From the NCBI RefSeq assembly GCF_009914755.1, contig NC_060927.1: a DNA stretch of 64,000 nucleotides; one strand, written 5' to 3'. This document shows, in pieces, positions 12,130 through 27,225 of this stretch; the first letter of the stretch is position 1, and each line of letters begins with the position of its first letter. Under the pieces are notes generated by a model. It saw nothing but the letters and a program-made list of their open reading frames with translations, was not told the origin of the DNA and searched no databases. Made by a program: the position numbers and the translations under genes. This stretch comes from the human T2T-CHM13v2.0 reference genome, Homo sapiens.

Positions 12130-15100
12130 TTTGGGGGAATGCTACTAGGTCCCCCTAAAGGCAGAGGGTGCTGGAGCCTTTTAATCATCTCCCTTGTTAA
12201 AGAGGCTCCTGTGCAGTGGCACTGCCCTAACTGGAGCCCTTCTCCCCCTCCAGCCCCTTCCCAGTCTCAGCCCACTCCCCGGAGGCATGGAGCTGCCTGT
12301 GTCCCCATTCGTCTAGCATGGCCGAGTCTTGCGGCCTGTGCTGATCTGCAGGTGTGATGGTCTGAATCAGGGCAGGATAGAAAGTGTTTTTAAAAATCAG
12401 CTCCCCTAAGTGCACAACTGGGACCAAGGATGTGTGCCAAACAGGATCCGTTTCAGGGATAACTTTTGATCATTTGTCATCTCCATGCTGACTTAGGAAT
12501 ATAAGAGCTCTGCTAGGGTAGTCAAAAGAGGGTTAGCCTTGATCAGGTGGCACCCCACAGTCGTGACTATAGGTGAGTAAGTGTGTGATTCAGACTCCAA
12601 TCCAGCGTTCTTTCCCAGTAGGTGCAGTGACTTTGCCTGGGTGGTGGTTGAGGTGGGGAGTTTGGGAGAGGTAAGGCAGCCCAGTGTCACAGGAAGAACA
12701 GGCTTAGGGGCCAAGAGTCCTCACTGAGCCTTTGACTCATTTGGGCACATAATTTAACCACATGGGAATAACTTTGGCTCTCCCTTCCTCCCAGAATCTA
12801 GTGGAATATTTGTATGTAAGCTCACAATGACTGGTATAAAGATGCTATCAGAACAGAAGTTGTGTTTTACAGCTTCTGCTAAGCCTAAACTTTACAGAAT
12901 GCTCTATTATCAGGAAACTGGCAAGACTTTTTTTGATTCGGTTGTTAAAATTACAACGAATCAGATTCCTGATTGCACCAAGAATCAAGGTGGAACTGAA
13001 ACGGAGAGCTCTCAGATTGTGTGCAGGCAAAGGTCATATTTTAGATAATTTCTTTAAAGTTTCCTTTATCTTTCCAAGTGATGGGAATAGCGCAACCCCT
13101 AGGGGAGCTTGTGGGGGTCATGTTACCCCTGACTTTTCAGTGAGGGTTGGAATCACTGTGGATGACTAACAGAGCGCCAGGATCCCAACCCTTTATATCT
13201 GACACAAGGACCATTCACAATGGACACAAAGGCTGCCATCACATTATCCCTGGAGGAGAGTGGTGACAAAATAAGGGGTGTGCCCACGTGTGATGTGCTG
13301 AGGAGGCGGACGGCAGCTTGCAGATGAGCAGGTTTATTCCATAAGAACTTAATCTCATTCTGTTTTCTAATGGAACTAGTCTAAAAAGGTCCCCTCTCAT
13401 TGGGTATAGACTGAATCCTGCTAAAGGGTTAACCAGAACTTGTCACCAGCGAGACGACTGTGTGCAGGGCCAGCCTAGGCTGAGTGCAGCCTGCCTGTGA
13501 TGGGGAACAGGCTCTGCCAGGCAGGGTTCTTTGGCTGGAGTCTCAAAGCCTGGCGCTTGTATCCTGAAGATGAATGGCCTGGCCCAGTCCCGACTAGAGA
13601 CATGCATCTCTTATCTCCACTGCTACAGCGTAGGTCCAGGGCGGGGCTCTGGGCACTTGTGCATGCTTGCTGTGGCGCTGTGAGGGCTGGCAGATGGCTG
13701 GTGTGTCTGATGGAGCTAGCTTAGGGACACAGGCAGCAAAAGCATTGCAAATGCATCTAGGCAGGAGAAACTTAACCCTAAAAGTGGGCAGGAGAAAGAA
13801 AGGTAAATGGGTGTTCATATTTGATGTCAAAATGTCATCATATTATGCTATTCAGAAGTGTTTTGAGACATTTTAGTTTTTTTTGGTAACTTAATCATTC
13901 AATAGAATATCTATGAAATTCCAACTAAATGGTGTCTAAAATTTTAAGCAGCAGTCTACAGGCAAAGCGCCAACATTTCTTTTCTAAAAATTATTTATGA
14001 TAACATCTAGCATTTTAAAATCAACCAGAAACTAGGCTTGATTCTGTTTAATATTTTATAAGATTGGACATCTTAAAATAAGTCAATAATGTTTATATTT
14101 TATAGCAACTCTGTGTTTCTTCAAAACCATATTTCTGCTGTGATGTTAATGGAATGACTTTATATGGCTTTAATTGTGTTGGTTTAAGTGCTAATGACCA
14201 CTTTTCAAATTAAAATAGTATTTTGCTGATAGAGGTAGACACAGATATGAGATATGAAAGAATAGATAATTTTACTGTTTGTAAAGTGTTTATCCCAAGA
14301 AAAAAAATGTTCTTTTTTTTAGGGCTGTGGAAAAGTAATTTTTTCAAGAGTCTAAGATAGTTTTCTGTATTTCTGGGGATTGGAACTTGTGCCTATGGAA
14401 TTTTGGGAGCAGCCTAAGCTACCTTTTAGCTTGATATGTGTGCTAGAAAAACTTCATTACCATGTTTTGTGATATGTAATAAATTCAGGGTGCTGTGCTT
14501 AAGCTTCATGTCAATTCTAGTTTGGGAACATCTGTTTCCCTCACTCCCAGTCGTGGGGGACAGCCTGACCTGGCCCTACCCAGAACACATGTGAAAAAGT
14601 AGAGTCAGTCCCTGACTCTTATGAGGTCTGTTTTTTCCTGCCTGGAACAAGCAGAATATAATCATGATTTCTGACTCTCTGCTTCTGTGTCTGGGAAGAG
14701 CGATTCTTCTCTCCTCCTCTAATGTCTCTTTAATAAATATGTTGTCATTATTTGTCTTTGGAAGTGGCAACTTGGGCCACCTTTCAACCTTCTCCATGAT
14801 TTATGTTGCAAACAAATTCTCTGTCCCATGTCTGTTCATTGCACTATCTTGTCGACTAAATCCTAATCTTGTGTATCACTGAAGATGTGCTGGAGACAGT
14901 TTTTGTTTCTATTATGCAATTATGTTATATGTGTATTTCAGTGAAATGTCAACCCGTCAACAGAGGATGATGTTAAAAATTATCCAAATAAATAGTTTTC
15001 TATTTCTTTTAATCAGACCTAGTCCAATCAGTTGAATGACAGTAAATAGGATTATATGTTGTTTAAACTTGGGAGCATTTCTGGCCTTTACTGCCTTGTA

Positions 15101-15521
15101 ATATGGATTAATGTACCAAATTTACTTGGGGGTGTTGACTTAAGTGCATTATAACCTATGTTTATTTTGTGGAAGCAGCAGCAGGTGTCTTAAACCTTGT
15201 CTTTTTGTTTGGGAGCCTTAGATATGTAACCGAGTTTTCTTCCCAGTTGATCCAAAATCAGAAGTGAACCCCTTGCTTAGCTCACCATCCCTTGATGATG
15301 TACCCTAGGAAGCTCTGAATGAATGAAATGCGGCTGTTTAGTACTGCCGGGTATGACCTTTCTTCACGTTCCTGCAGCTGTGCTGTGTAAGAGCTTTTAC
15401 CAACATAGCATTACAGTTGCCTTCTTGATGTTTCCATGAGAATGGCAGGTGGGTCCACCTCAGAACCAAATGACTTCCCAGGCTCAGATGTGCTGAACTC
15501 GTGGATCCTGAGAGAGGGAAA

Positions 15522-15640
15522 GTGTGTGTATGTGTGCGTGTGTGTGTGTGTGTGTGTGCGTGTGTGTGCGTGTGTGTGTGCACGTGCACGCACGTGTATG
15601 CACAAGCATACCCACATGTGCATATGTGTACACACATGCA
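15522..15640. repeat. Alternating purine-pyrimidine (TG/CG/CA) tract
   Basis: Read directly. Confidence 0.9.
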
Positions 15641-17479
15641 TCCTGAGCCTGTGATCAGAGGGACAGGAGAGCAAGAAGCAGCCTCCCTGACCACCCCAAG
15701 AACTGTCTTGGTTTGACCCGGGACATGACTGTCTGTCCCCTATAAGATCTCAGCATTCCTAGTCAGGAAGCTTAAAGCTTTCATTCCCAGCTCTTCCTTC
15801 ACCTTCAGAATTCACTAAATGGAAAGATCTGCTGCTCTATCTTCACAGAATGGTTCAAACCAAACCCAACCTGGCACCATTTTTAGCAGAATTGTCTCAA
15901 AGGCTTGGTGCTTTTGTGCACCAGGCTATTTTTATAAGGGCCTCTTGGGAAGTTCCTGTGTGACTTTACATTCTAAATTATCATCACCAGCACTGGCATT
16001 GGCAACTGCAGGAGACCAGTTTTGAGCATCCCCAGACCAGTGGGACCCAGCCCTGATGGATCTGGCCAGACTGCAGCCACCATCCCCTCCTCCTCCCTGA
16101 ACCACTTCTGGGCATCTGTTCTACCCCATGCTTGTCTCAGGGATGGTCATCATGCCTATCTGTCCTTGCCACAGCTGCCCACATGCTAAGAGGTGTTGTG
16201 GAGGAAGGACAGGGAAGCGGTCTCCTCTCCGAGGACCCACCACTTAGTCCAGTTTTCCTTTGCAAACCACCCTGAGGTTGAAGCATTTGCTGCACATCCA
16301 TTGTCTTAGCTGTTCTCCAGGCCTTTAGGGCTACAGAGCTGTGGACAGACTGCCAGTGAGTGAGGAGGGGCTGCCTGGATACAGGACCGTAGACCCAGGG
16401 CAGAGAGGACATGCCTTCTTCAGATGCAGGACTTTCTGTGGAAAAGAATAAAGTTGCCATACAGTCCCTATTAGTCTTTAACTCAGCATACTGTTTTCCT
16501 TCAAACTGGTGGTCAAAACATCATCATTCTCTCAGAGCTGGAGCAGTACCTTCCTCCATGCACCGTGCATAAGCATCTTGGAATGCTTCCCTAATGAAGT
16601 CATGAACAATGGAAGGGCTTATCCTGGGCCCTGTCTCAACATAGCAGGGACCACAGTGAGGAAGGCAGCTGTGAGGGCGCCAGGGGAGATGCAGAGTATC
16701 TGTGACGGGCCCAGAGGGATCTACCAGGGGTGTCTTCTGGTGGGTCTTGCACTGCCTGCAAAGGCTGATAAGCCACTTTCAGTTTGTTGTGATCTTCAAA
16801 AAGCGGACCCCCTGTTGGTGAGTTCTCAGCCTGCACACAGGCTACAGGCCAGGGTATCCTGATGACCACGGTGGCCGGGTCGGTGTGCGTGTCAGTCTGC
16901 TCCGTCGTGGTCCGAGTGTGCTGGTGGTTGCAGTGTGTTGTGTCACTCACTCGTTCCATGGCTTTTTAGCAGAACCAGTGGCCTGAGGACTGCTTGGTCT
17001 GCTTGTGCCTCTGGCACCTACACCTAGGCTTCCTCATCCTAGATGCAGCAAGGGAGTCCACATCAGCCTCCCTTTAGATCGGCCAGGCTGTGCTCCTTGC
17101 CCTGCTCTGGGCTTGGAGAGATAGGGCTCTTGTAGGCGAGCCTACTGAAGACTGTCACTGAGACAGGGGCATAAGCTCTTGGCCTGGCAGATCCTAGCAC
17201 TAGTAACCAGGCAGTGTTCCTTGGAAGTGGGGGTTTTGCAAAGGAGGTTACGGGGTTGCAGGCCTCAGGTATCCTACCTAGGACCTTCTTGACCCTCTGG
17301 ATGCCTGACCATACCAACAACCCTTAGACTGCCTTCAGTGACATCAGTCAGTGCCCTGGATTGGCTTTTGGGGAAGCCTTCCTCCCCACCGCTGAATCAG
17401 GAAGGAGCAAAGCCAGGACCCAGGCTGGCCCCAGGGCCCATGTGTGGTCTAACCTGTTCTGCCATTTTCATTGATCTAG

Positions 17480-17596
17480 GCGGGATTAAGGACACTGCAT
17501 GACATTGGGCCAGAAATCCGGCGTGCTATATCGTGTGATTTGCAAGATGACGAGCCTGAGGAAACAAAACGAGAAGAAGAAGATGATGTGTTCAAA
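17480..17596 (+). CDS. CACNA1D: Exon 42 (PCRD region, [39 protein letters not shown])
   Basis: gatctag|GCG...AAA|GTAATT; 117 nt, phase 0/0. Confidence 0.97.
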
Positions 17597-18231
17597 GTAA
17601 TTATTCCACGCCTAGCTACACACTGGCCATCTGGAAATAGCAGGGCAGGACTCCAGTTTGGGCAGTTAATCATCCACAGAAGAGTCTGGAGAATGCAGCC
17701 CATCCCCAGGGCCTAGAGGGGCTTTCAGACCACACCCTCCCCCTCTTACAGACCCTCCCCAGGCATCAGCACCTCTTCTAGGGCCAGGCCAGCTCTTTCC
17801 CTGAGCTTACCCAGCTTCCCCTCACTGCCTGCTTCTGAGGAGCTCGGCCACAGCCGCTGGCCCTGTGGATGAGCATCCTGAGTCCTTCCGGCAGCTGCCT
17901 TTGCTACCCTCCTCCTTCCCGGGCCAGCTCTTTGATCTGCCAGCTGGCTGTCAGTCCCCCAGCCCAGAGAGCATGCCCAACCTTGGGGCCACCAGCCAGC
18001 CCAGCTGGGTATAAGTCACCCCAACTTGGAGCAACTGGAAGAGCACACTCGAGTGACAGCCGACAGCTTGCTCCCCAGCTCAGGAAATCGGTAACCTTCC
18101 TCATCTCGGGGGGACCAACTGCCACACAGTCACATTCACCCTGATCATTGAGACACTCAGATTGTTTTACAGGGATCCTACGGAGCTTGCCTAGAATTTG
18201 TTTTTCATGTAGAAAAAGTTACCTAACATAG

Positions 18232-18657
<426 letters not shown>

Positions 18658-18955
18658 TAACCTTGACAATGTGTTTGGACTTGCTCATGTGGTGTCTGCC
18701 CGTGTTGCGTCTAGTCCCAAGGAGCAAGGCGGGTCTGTGCTCTGTGCTCTGGGGCATGGAGGAGGTTCCCCGTAGGCATTTGTGTCAGGATCTGTGAGTG
18801 CCCCCCAGGTCACTGCTGCCTCTGACACTCTCCACGTGATGGACCTAAAGGATAAGGGCCACGTGCCATCCTACATCCTGTGTGGGGTGCCGAGGGACCT
18901 TAAAACAGCAGCAGCCACAAAATCCACCTCTCAATTGTGCTCACATACTGTGCGA

Positions 18956-19283
18956 CAGGGGTTGGTGAATTGTTTCTCTAAAGGGTCAGTGAGTCAATAT
19001 TTTAGGCTTTGAGAACCATACAGTCTTGCACCTTCTCAGCTCTGCCGTTGCAGTGTGAAATATGTAAGTGAATGGGTGTGTGGCTGTGCCCATTAAAATT
19101 TCCCTATGGTCACTGAAATTTGAACTTCATATATTTGCATATGATGAGATATTTTTTGTCTTCAGATTCTTTTTTATGTTTTTCAATCCTTTATAACAAT
19201 AAAACCCGTTCATAGCCCATGGGTCATACAAGGCCAGGTGGCAGCCCCTATGTGGATGGCGAATCATAATTTGCTAACCCCTA
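18956..19283. mobile_element. MER58-like hAT-Charlie MITE
   Basis: TIRs CAGGGGTTGGTGAA / TTTGCTAACCCCTA; internal aatattttaggctttg and ctcagctctgccgttg typical of MER58. Confidence 0.75.
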
Positions 19284-19377
19284 CTCTAGGAGGTAGCCTG
19301 ATGTTTGCATTGTAAATTTGGTTGGAAATTAACTTTTATCTTCTCCCTCCTTCCCATGTTATGCCTTTCCTGGATAG

Positions 19378-19404
19378 AACCCGCTATTATGAAACTTACA
19401 TTAG
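19378..19404 (+). CDS. CACNA1D: Exon 44, 27-nt frame-preserving microexon ((R)TRYYETYI(R))
   Basis: cctttcctggatag|A ACC CGC TAT TAT GAA ACT TAC ATT AG|GTATGT; phase 2/2 fits the flanking exons. Confidence 0.93.
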
Positions 19405-20435
19405 GTATGTGCTCATTACCTGTTTTTGTGTTAAATACTGTGATGGTATGTTACCAGCTGGCCTCTCTGAGTGCTGAAGAATGAGAAACACTTCTTTGAG
19501 CCAGCCTATTAAAGGTTATCATAATTCATGGCTGTGGACTCAGAGGTCAGAGGTTGTTGCTTCTAAGCAAAGGCACCTTCAGATCCATATCTCTGTCGAC
19601 TCTGTTGCCATCCAAGGACTGGTGTCCACACACAAGGTGCACCCCATGGGCTGGCTCCTGCAGGCCTCGCGATGGCACTAGGAGCATCCATTGTGCATTT
19701 ACAGGGGCCTCAGCCTGTGTGGCTGGCAGCTCCGGCTGCTCTCTGGGGTCAAGCTTCTTGTGGGTGCTTTGCAGCATGACCCAAACCTCCTGAAGGTCAG
19801 GAATGGGATCTTGTCATTTTCCCTGTAGCCCTCAAGATATGTGTAGTATATTCCACTCCACATGTATTGACCTGAGTTGAATTGTGGGCGGAATGCCCAT
19901 TTTGTTGGGGGCCAAGGGAGGATGGGTCTTCCTGTGTCATGTTATCAAGTGAAGTCGGGAGCCATGTGGGCCCAAGTTGGGTGCAAGAAAGTGGAGAAGT
20001 CAGAGGAAGTGCCATCCTTCCTTTGGAGAGAGGATTGACATCACCACGTCCTTCTCTGAGGACTGAGGCCAGGATGAGCCGGGTTTCAGGGAGACTTACC
20101 ACATTCCTGGGGCAGGGCAGCCTTTGGAAACATGGTGGACATGTTCTGTGACAGTTTCCCCTGTGGCACTGTATCCAGAACTCACTCGACCTTCCTGATT
20201 TGATACAGCAGGAGGTCAGTGGCCAGGAAGCTCCTTTGTTCCAGGTTCTGAAGTCACACTGGGCTGGAGCTGGGGGACTAGAAGGAGAGGGAGGGATCAG
20301 AGCAGATGCCCTGGGAACCCAGGGTCTTTTTCCCTAGGTCCATTTTTTTGTTCTGTTCTCCAAATTGCACCTATTCCTTTGGCTCCAAGGCCTCTGGACA
20401 CAATGGTTTGACACCAACATTGTGCAGGGCACTGA

Positions 20436-20804
<369 letters not shown>

Positions 20805-22166
20805 TGAGCTGCTCTGGCTCCTGTGGAGAGCGGGAGGCCGCCCTGCCCTGGTGCTCGGCCCACTCCGGAAGCCAGGGCCACCGGCAGCTGCACTTGGGCT
20901 TCCCCTAAAAAGCAAAATGGGAGCAGAAACTCCAGGCCAGAGGGAGAGTGGAGCTGGAGAAAGAGAGCCGCAGAGAGGCAGGGTGAGGGCTATTCTTTCA
21001 GACCTGTTGCCTTATTTCCACTAGGGGCCTCTGAGGCCTTTTAGTGAAGGCTTGGGAAATGGGAGATGGGCCTGCTTCGTGGCTGGGTTAATGCCTTTCC
21101 ACCACCCGTCTTTGGAGAGATCAGTTTTTGCTGAATTAACACTTGGAGCTCTGGCGGCCCCAGGGCTCTGTGTGCACGGCGGCTTGGCCAGCCTGGAGCT
21201 GGGCCAGGTCCTCATGCACAGCACCTGCCTCCTGCCACTTCAAGGGGTCTCTCGGGGAGATGAAGAAATGAGGGGTCACTCAGCAGAGGGGTCCATCTTG
21301 CTTCTGTCCTACAGAAAGAATGTTTGTTAGTACAATGGGCACTCTGCTTTAGGAGGCGTAGCAGGCGGCACAGGCGGATGAAAATCGCCCTCCACCCTCT
21401 TCTCTGAACCGCACCTCACTGTGACCAGGGGCCCAGTGAAGTGGAAGTGGAATGGCAGTGAGGTGGCTTCTGGCATCTGAGCCACAGCCTGACCCTCACC
21501 CTCTGCTCCCGCAGCCCTTCCCCGTGCCTCTCTCAAATGCCTGACTTCTGAAACCACTGACTCTGAGCCAGATGAACTCGTGTTCCCTTCTCTAGGGCTT
21601 TTGCTCACACTGTGGCCCCTGCTTGGATGCCCTCACTCCGTCTGCTGGCCTCATCCCCCCTGTCGAGGGCCTGCTCTAGGGCCTTGCTTTTTATTTCCAT
21701 GACTGGAATTGAAATCCCTCCCCCAACCCCCAGAAAAGAAAACCTCACGAACCGCATGAGTTCCTCTCTTCCAGCACTGGCCCTTTCCAGCTCGCATTTG
21801 ATTTCTGTGTGCTCATGGCATTTTCTAAGCCCATTGAGGGTGGGGCTCATGCTTCATGCATCTTGGTGTCCTTGGTGCCCAGCACCTGGCAGAGGGAAGG
21901 CACTCAGGAGAGGGGCTCTCACGGAGGAAATGAGTGGGTGAGAGCCTGGCTCACAGGACATCTGCGATCCACATTTGCCCTGGAGCTGAGGGATCAAAAC
22001 TGCCAGCACATCCCTCAGCACAGGCCTCCAGTCCTGTAATGGCCCTTGGTCTCCATCTGGAATCTTCCATGAAACTGAGGCCAGCCTTGTTCTCAGCCAA
22101 TCCTACTGTGTCCAAGGGAGGAGGCGGGGAGAGGAGTATGGATGTCAGTCTGGCAGGGTTGAGTGA

Positions 22167-22457
<291 letters not shown>

Positions 22458-22899
22458 TGATGGATGTGTGCTGCCAGGTCAGGATCCTTAGTCCTCAAGA
22501 CCAGCCCCCAGCCAGAGAGTGTGTCTGCTTTCCTTCCTTTCTCATCCATATCTCACGTGATAGAGCTCTAGCCTCTTCAGTGCTATGCTTGACTCTCTTT
22601 GAGAAGAGAGAGGCTGTGGGGCCCTAAGATTGCACGCACACATCTGGTAAGGGGTGTTTTGCATACATAGCATTGTCTTTGAACCTGGGACCATCCTGAG
22701 AGGGAGGCAAACCACACACATGCTTTTGCTGTTGTCAGCCCTGCTGCACTCTGTGATGGGGTGACTGAGCCCCCAAAGGGGAAGAGTGGGCTCAAGTGCA
22801 GAGCTGGCTGTGCCGCAGGCCTGTCTTGCAAAACCCCATGCCTCTGAGGGCCACCTGGGCATTCTGGTGTCCATCTGTCCTCAGGCCCCTCCAAGCCTT

Positions 22900-23530
22900 A
22901 TCCTCCTCCCTCATCTCTGCTCCTCCTCCCTCCCTCATCTTCCCTCCTCCTCCTCCATCTTCCCTCCTCCTCCCTCATCTTCCCTCCTCCTCCCTCATCT
23001 TCCCTCTTCCTCCCTCATCTTCCCTCCTCCTCCTCTATCTTCCCTCCTCCTCCTCCATCTTCCCTCCTCCTCCATCTTTCCTCCTCCTCCCTCATCTTCC
23101 CTCCTCCTCCTCCTCCCGCATCTTCTCCTCCTCCCTCATCTTCTCCTGCTCCCTCATCTTCCCTCCTCCTCCTCCCTCATCTTCCCTCCTCCTCCCTCCC
23201 TCATCTTCCCTCCTCCTCCCTCCCTCATCTTCCCTCCTCCTCCGTTCCTCCCTCATCTTCCCTCCTCCTCCCTCATGTTCCCTCCTCCTCCTCCCTCATG
23301 TTCCCTCCTCCTCCTCCCTCATTTTCTCTCATCTTCCCTCATCTTCCTCCTCCTTCGTCTTCTAGCATCTTCCTTTATCTTCCTCCTCCCTCATCTACCC
23401 TCCTCCTCCTTCTTTTCCCTCCCCCTCTCCTCCCTCCTCCTCCCTCCTCCCTCATCTTCCCTCCTCCCCCTTCCTCTCCCTTGCCTTCCCTCCTCCTCCC
23501 TCACTTTCTCTGCTTCTCCCTCATCTTCCT
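22900..23530. repeat. Pyrimidine-rich minisatellite (variants of CCCTCCTCCTCCCTCATCTT, unit about 19-22 nt)
   Basis: About 630 nt, almost all C/T on +. Explains the P/S/L-rich ORFs. Confidence 0.95.
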
Positions 23531-25416
23531 GTCAAGTCTGTCAGTGCCCTCTGCTCACGGGGCAGGTTCTGGACTTGTTGGTCCCCTTCACTCTGGGGCC
23601 AGGAAACCCATCCCACCTAGAGGGGCTGGGGCTGGGGCTGGCTGCTTCCACCTGCTTTCCCTCTGCAGCGGTGGGTGGCAGGAGCTGGCGGATCTGGGTC
23701 ATCCTGAGCAAGGAACTCCAGCTGGGGGAAGAGGTGCAGCCCTGGCCCCTTCCAGCCCTTGGCTGAACAGTTTCATTTTGGACATGTGGGCATTTTGCTG
23801 ATGGTTAAGGACTATCCATTTCTGGAATTTCTGAGGAATGAAGCATATTTTTGAACAGGACTCTAATCAGTAACCAAAAATAGCCATGACACATCGGCTT
23901 CTGAGTCTGCCAACTGCATATACTATAAAGAGCACCACTGGGAGGTGCCCAGGGCCCTCTGCCTCACTCCAACTGTCACAGCCCCACTGGGGAGTGTGAC
24001 CAGACCCATTTCCATGGTTAATATTTAATTCCTCAGCCCTGAACACATGCAGCTAAATGAAGTCACTCCTTTCCCATAAATACTAGATGAAGCAGATGCA
24101 GGTGAGGCCGGGTGATGGCCCTCGCCCTTGTGAGTTCCACTGCCTTCCTCGGGCCTCGGCCTTTGTCTACTGCCTACTTGGCCAAGCAAGCAAGCACATG
24201 AATCCCACCAGCCACAGTGCCAGAGAGGAGCTGAGTGGGCAGGAGTGGCTGTGCTCTTGATTCATAAGGTGGTTTTGCTTTGCTGCCCCGCAGCTCAGAC
24301 CTTGGACAGGAAGAACATTTCCCTCCTCCACCTGTGTTCTCAGCTGCAGGGGGATTCCCTCCTCCTTCAGAGAGTGTTGTGCAGAGCACATGAGATGGTG
24401 GGGATCCCTGGAGCATTTTAGAAATGGAAAAGCACCACATACAGGAGAGGGACCGCTGCTCTCCTTTCCCAGCCCCCAGCCCGGCCATTCGATCTGGAAA
24501 CCTATGCTCCACAGCACAGTTGGCCCCTGGGTGGTGCGTGGAGGGAAGGCTTTCTGATGAGGCAGCCGTGTGTGTCCCATGTAGGCAACTGAACCAGGAG
24601 GCCCCACAGTGCGCACTGGGCACGAGAGACCAGGACTGGCTGTCTCGTTCCTCTCTGCTGGGCAGTGCCTAGCCAAGGACTCAGTCCGGTCTCTTGTGTG
24701 CAGCCCCAGTGTGCCTGGGAGTCCTCCCCTGGCTAGGCCCTGGGCTTTCCAATAGCGGAATGAGGGGCATGTGGAGTTTTGCCAGGGCTGAGAAAGGAGG
24801 CCCTGTGATCCGAGAAAAGCAGCGGTCAAGATAGGAGCCATAGAAATGCCTTGTAAACGATAGGTGTGCTCTCGACAGAGGCCCCTGCAAGGGGTAGGAG
24901 GTTTCTGGGAGGAGGCTGCTGGCTGTGTCTTAGGGCCCCAGAATTCAGACTGATCTCCCGGGCCTGGTGCCCTGTGAAGCTGGGAGCTGTGGATTGTCTT
25001 GTTAACCTCTGTGTGAGCCTCTGTTGGAAGAGCTGTTAGCAGGACAAGCATTTTCTTAAAATTAGAGGTGTCCTTTGTTTGTATTCAGTGCTAGAGAAGC
25101 TGAATCTTTCCCAACAAAAATAATTTGCTTATTACCTGGTCAAGCTGATCAGTGCAGGTAAAGTCCCTCCCTTTAAAACAGGTGTAAACACAGGAGCCCC
25201 AGCAAGATATGTCAGCTGCTGGGGACACTTAGGGTATCTGGAAGGTGACAGTGGGAAGTGTCGTGGGGTTCTGGCAGGACTTGTGTTCTTGCACTGAAGT
25301 GCTGTGCGCTCCCCACAGTATGCAGGGCCAGGGCTTCTGACTCGGATCAGTTGCCCTATGGGCTGCCTTCACTCCTCCTCCTGAGAACAGGCGAACGTTT
25401 AAAAGTAGTAAGTTCT

Positions 25417-25753
<337 letters not shown>

Positions 25754-25896
25754 TCACTACCTAATCTTTCTCTTGGACAAACCGCATGCTTCTTCCTGGG
25801 CTCGTTGCTGAGCATCCGGGGCCACCCTGACTCTGAAAGACGGTGTCCCGGCAGAGAACTTGCTTCACAGCTGTGTGATGCCCTTTGCTTTCCCAG

Positions 25897-26018
25897 CCCA
25901 CCGGAGATCCTCCTTCAACTTTGAGTGCCTGCGCCGGCAGAGCAGCCAGGAAGAGGTCCCGTCGTCTCCCATCTTCCCCCATCGCACGGCCCTGCCTCTG
26001 CATCTAATGCAGCAACAG
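25897..26018 (+). CDS. CACNA1D: Exon 47 ([19 protein letters not shown]...MQQQ)
   Basis: tttcccag|CC CAC CGG...CAG|GTGAGC; 122 nt. The RRSS motif corresponds to the Cav1.2 distal PKA site. Confidence 0.96.
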
Positions 26019-27225
26019 GTGAGCGGCCCACCTGGCCTTGCCCCCACACCTAGGGGCACCCCACATAGGACCCCCATCAGGTCACTCCCTTCTCCTTGGC
26101 CTTAAGCACCAGGAGGGAAGGAGAGAATCTTCACCTACAGTCTAGTTAATCTTTGTAACAATCCTGTCAAATAGCTATGGCCATGAGTCCCATGCTGCCC
26201 AAGCTCACACAAGTGACTGCTGGCATTTGAATCCAGGGAGCCAGCTGCCAAAGCTGGCCTCACTGCCCAGGTGCCTCCCTGCGATCCCCACCACCTCTTC
26301 CTGGCATTGAATACAGAGCCTGATGTGATCTGAGCTCAGGGAGTGGGGGCCACTTGGCTGATTCTGAACAAGCGGTGCAGCCCTTCATTTTCTCTAAGAA
26401 GTGGTTCCTTCATTAAGTTTATGGGTCCCTCCATGGGCAGGGCCCTGTGGGTACTATGCAGGGTTAACCTCCCCTGCCTACAAAGGGAGCAGTCTGGGGA
26501 GAACAGTTTGCCCACGTTGAGGGCGGCTGCACAGGCAAGAGGGTGGGGCCGGAGCCCACTCACTAGGGCTTTCCCTCAAGGATAACAATATGGCGCTTTT
26601 TCTTTCTGAAAATATCACATCAGAGATGCCATTCATTCGTGCACGACAGGGTGGTGGGCATGGACCTGTGCTGTTTACAGACAGCGTTCCCCGTCCCTCT
26701 CTGCAGAGTGTGAACCCCAAGGTGCATCTGCCGTGGTGGGATTGTAAGACCGGGGCTTGTACCCAGTGCTTTAGCACATGCCAAATGCCGGCTCTAGGAT
26801 GCATTACTCCAGAGCAAAGAGAACCAGCTGTTTTCCTATAAGTGCTGGGAAGTGGTAGTTTCCCCTGAATGTACTTCGGTATTTAAACCCAGCATGAACT
26901 GGGTGGTGTGTTCACACCCACAGCTTGTTGGGCTTCCCTGATTCTTCATTCTGAAGCAATTTCATGAATTAGCAACTGATACCTCCTTGGGAAAAGCCAA
27001 AGGAAATGCATTATGGATTCGGGGTAAAAGAAAGCACAGTCTGCTAGAAAACAAAGTCATCACCGCCCATTCATTCAGCGTACTTCAGTGTGCCCATGTC
27101 CTTTCCAAGTCCTTGCCTGGACTGCCCCTGGCGAGCGCAGCGCCGGTGCTTGGTCTGTGCGCAGAAGGTTTGAGGCCCGGACCTCTGAGAACCTCTGGTC
27201 TCCCAACAGTCCCCTCTTTCCTCAG

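Noticed and set aside
22786-23801. Long ORFs (326, 189 and 167 aa) rich in P/S/L
   Set aside because: Artefact of the C/T minisatellite, which is depleted of stop codons.
24167-25051. 294-aa minus-strand ORF (likewise 1711-2418, 20365-21024, 53134-53829)
   Set aside because: No recognisable domain or supporting gene structure; expected by chance in GC-rich introns. The 20365 ORF overlaps exon 45 out of frame.
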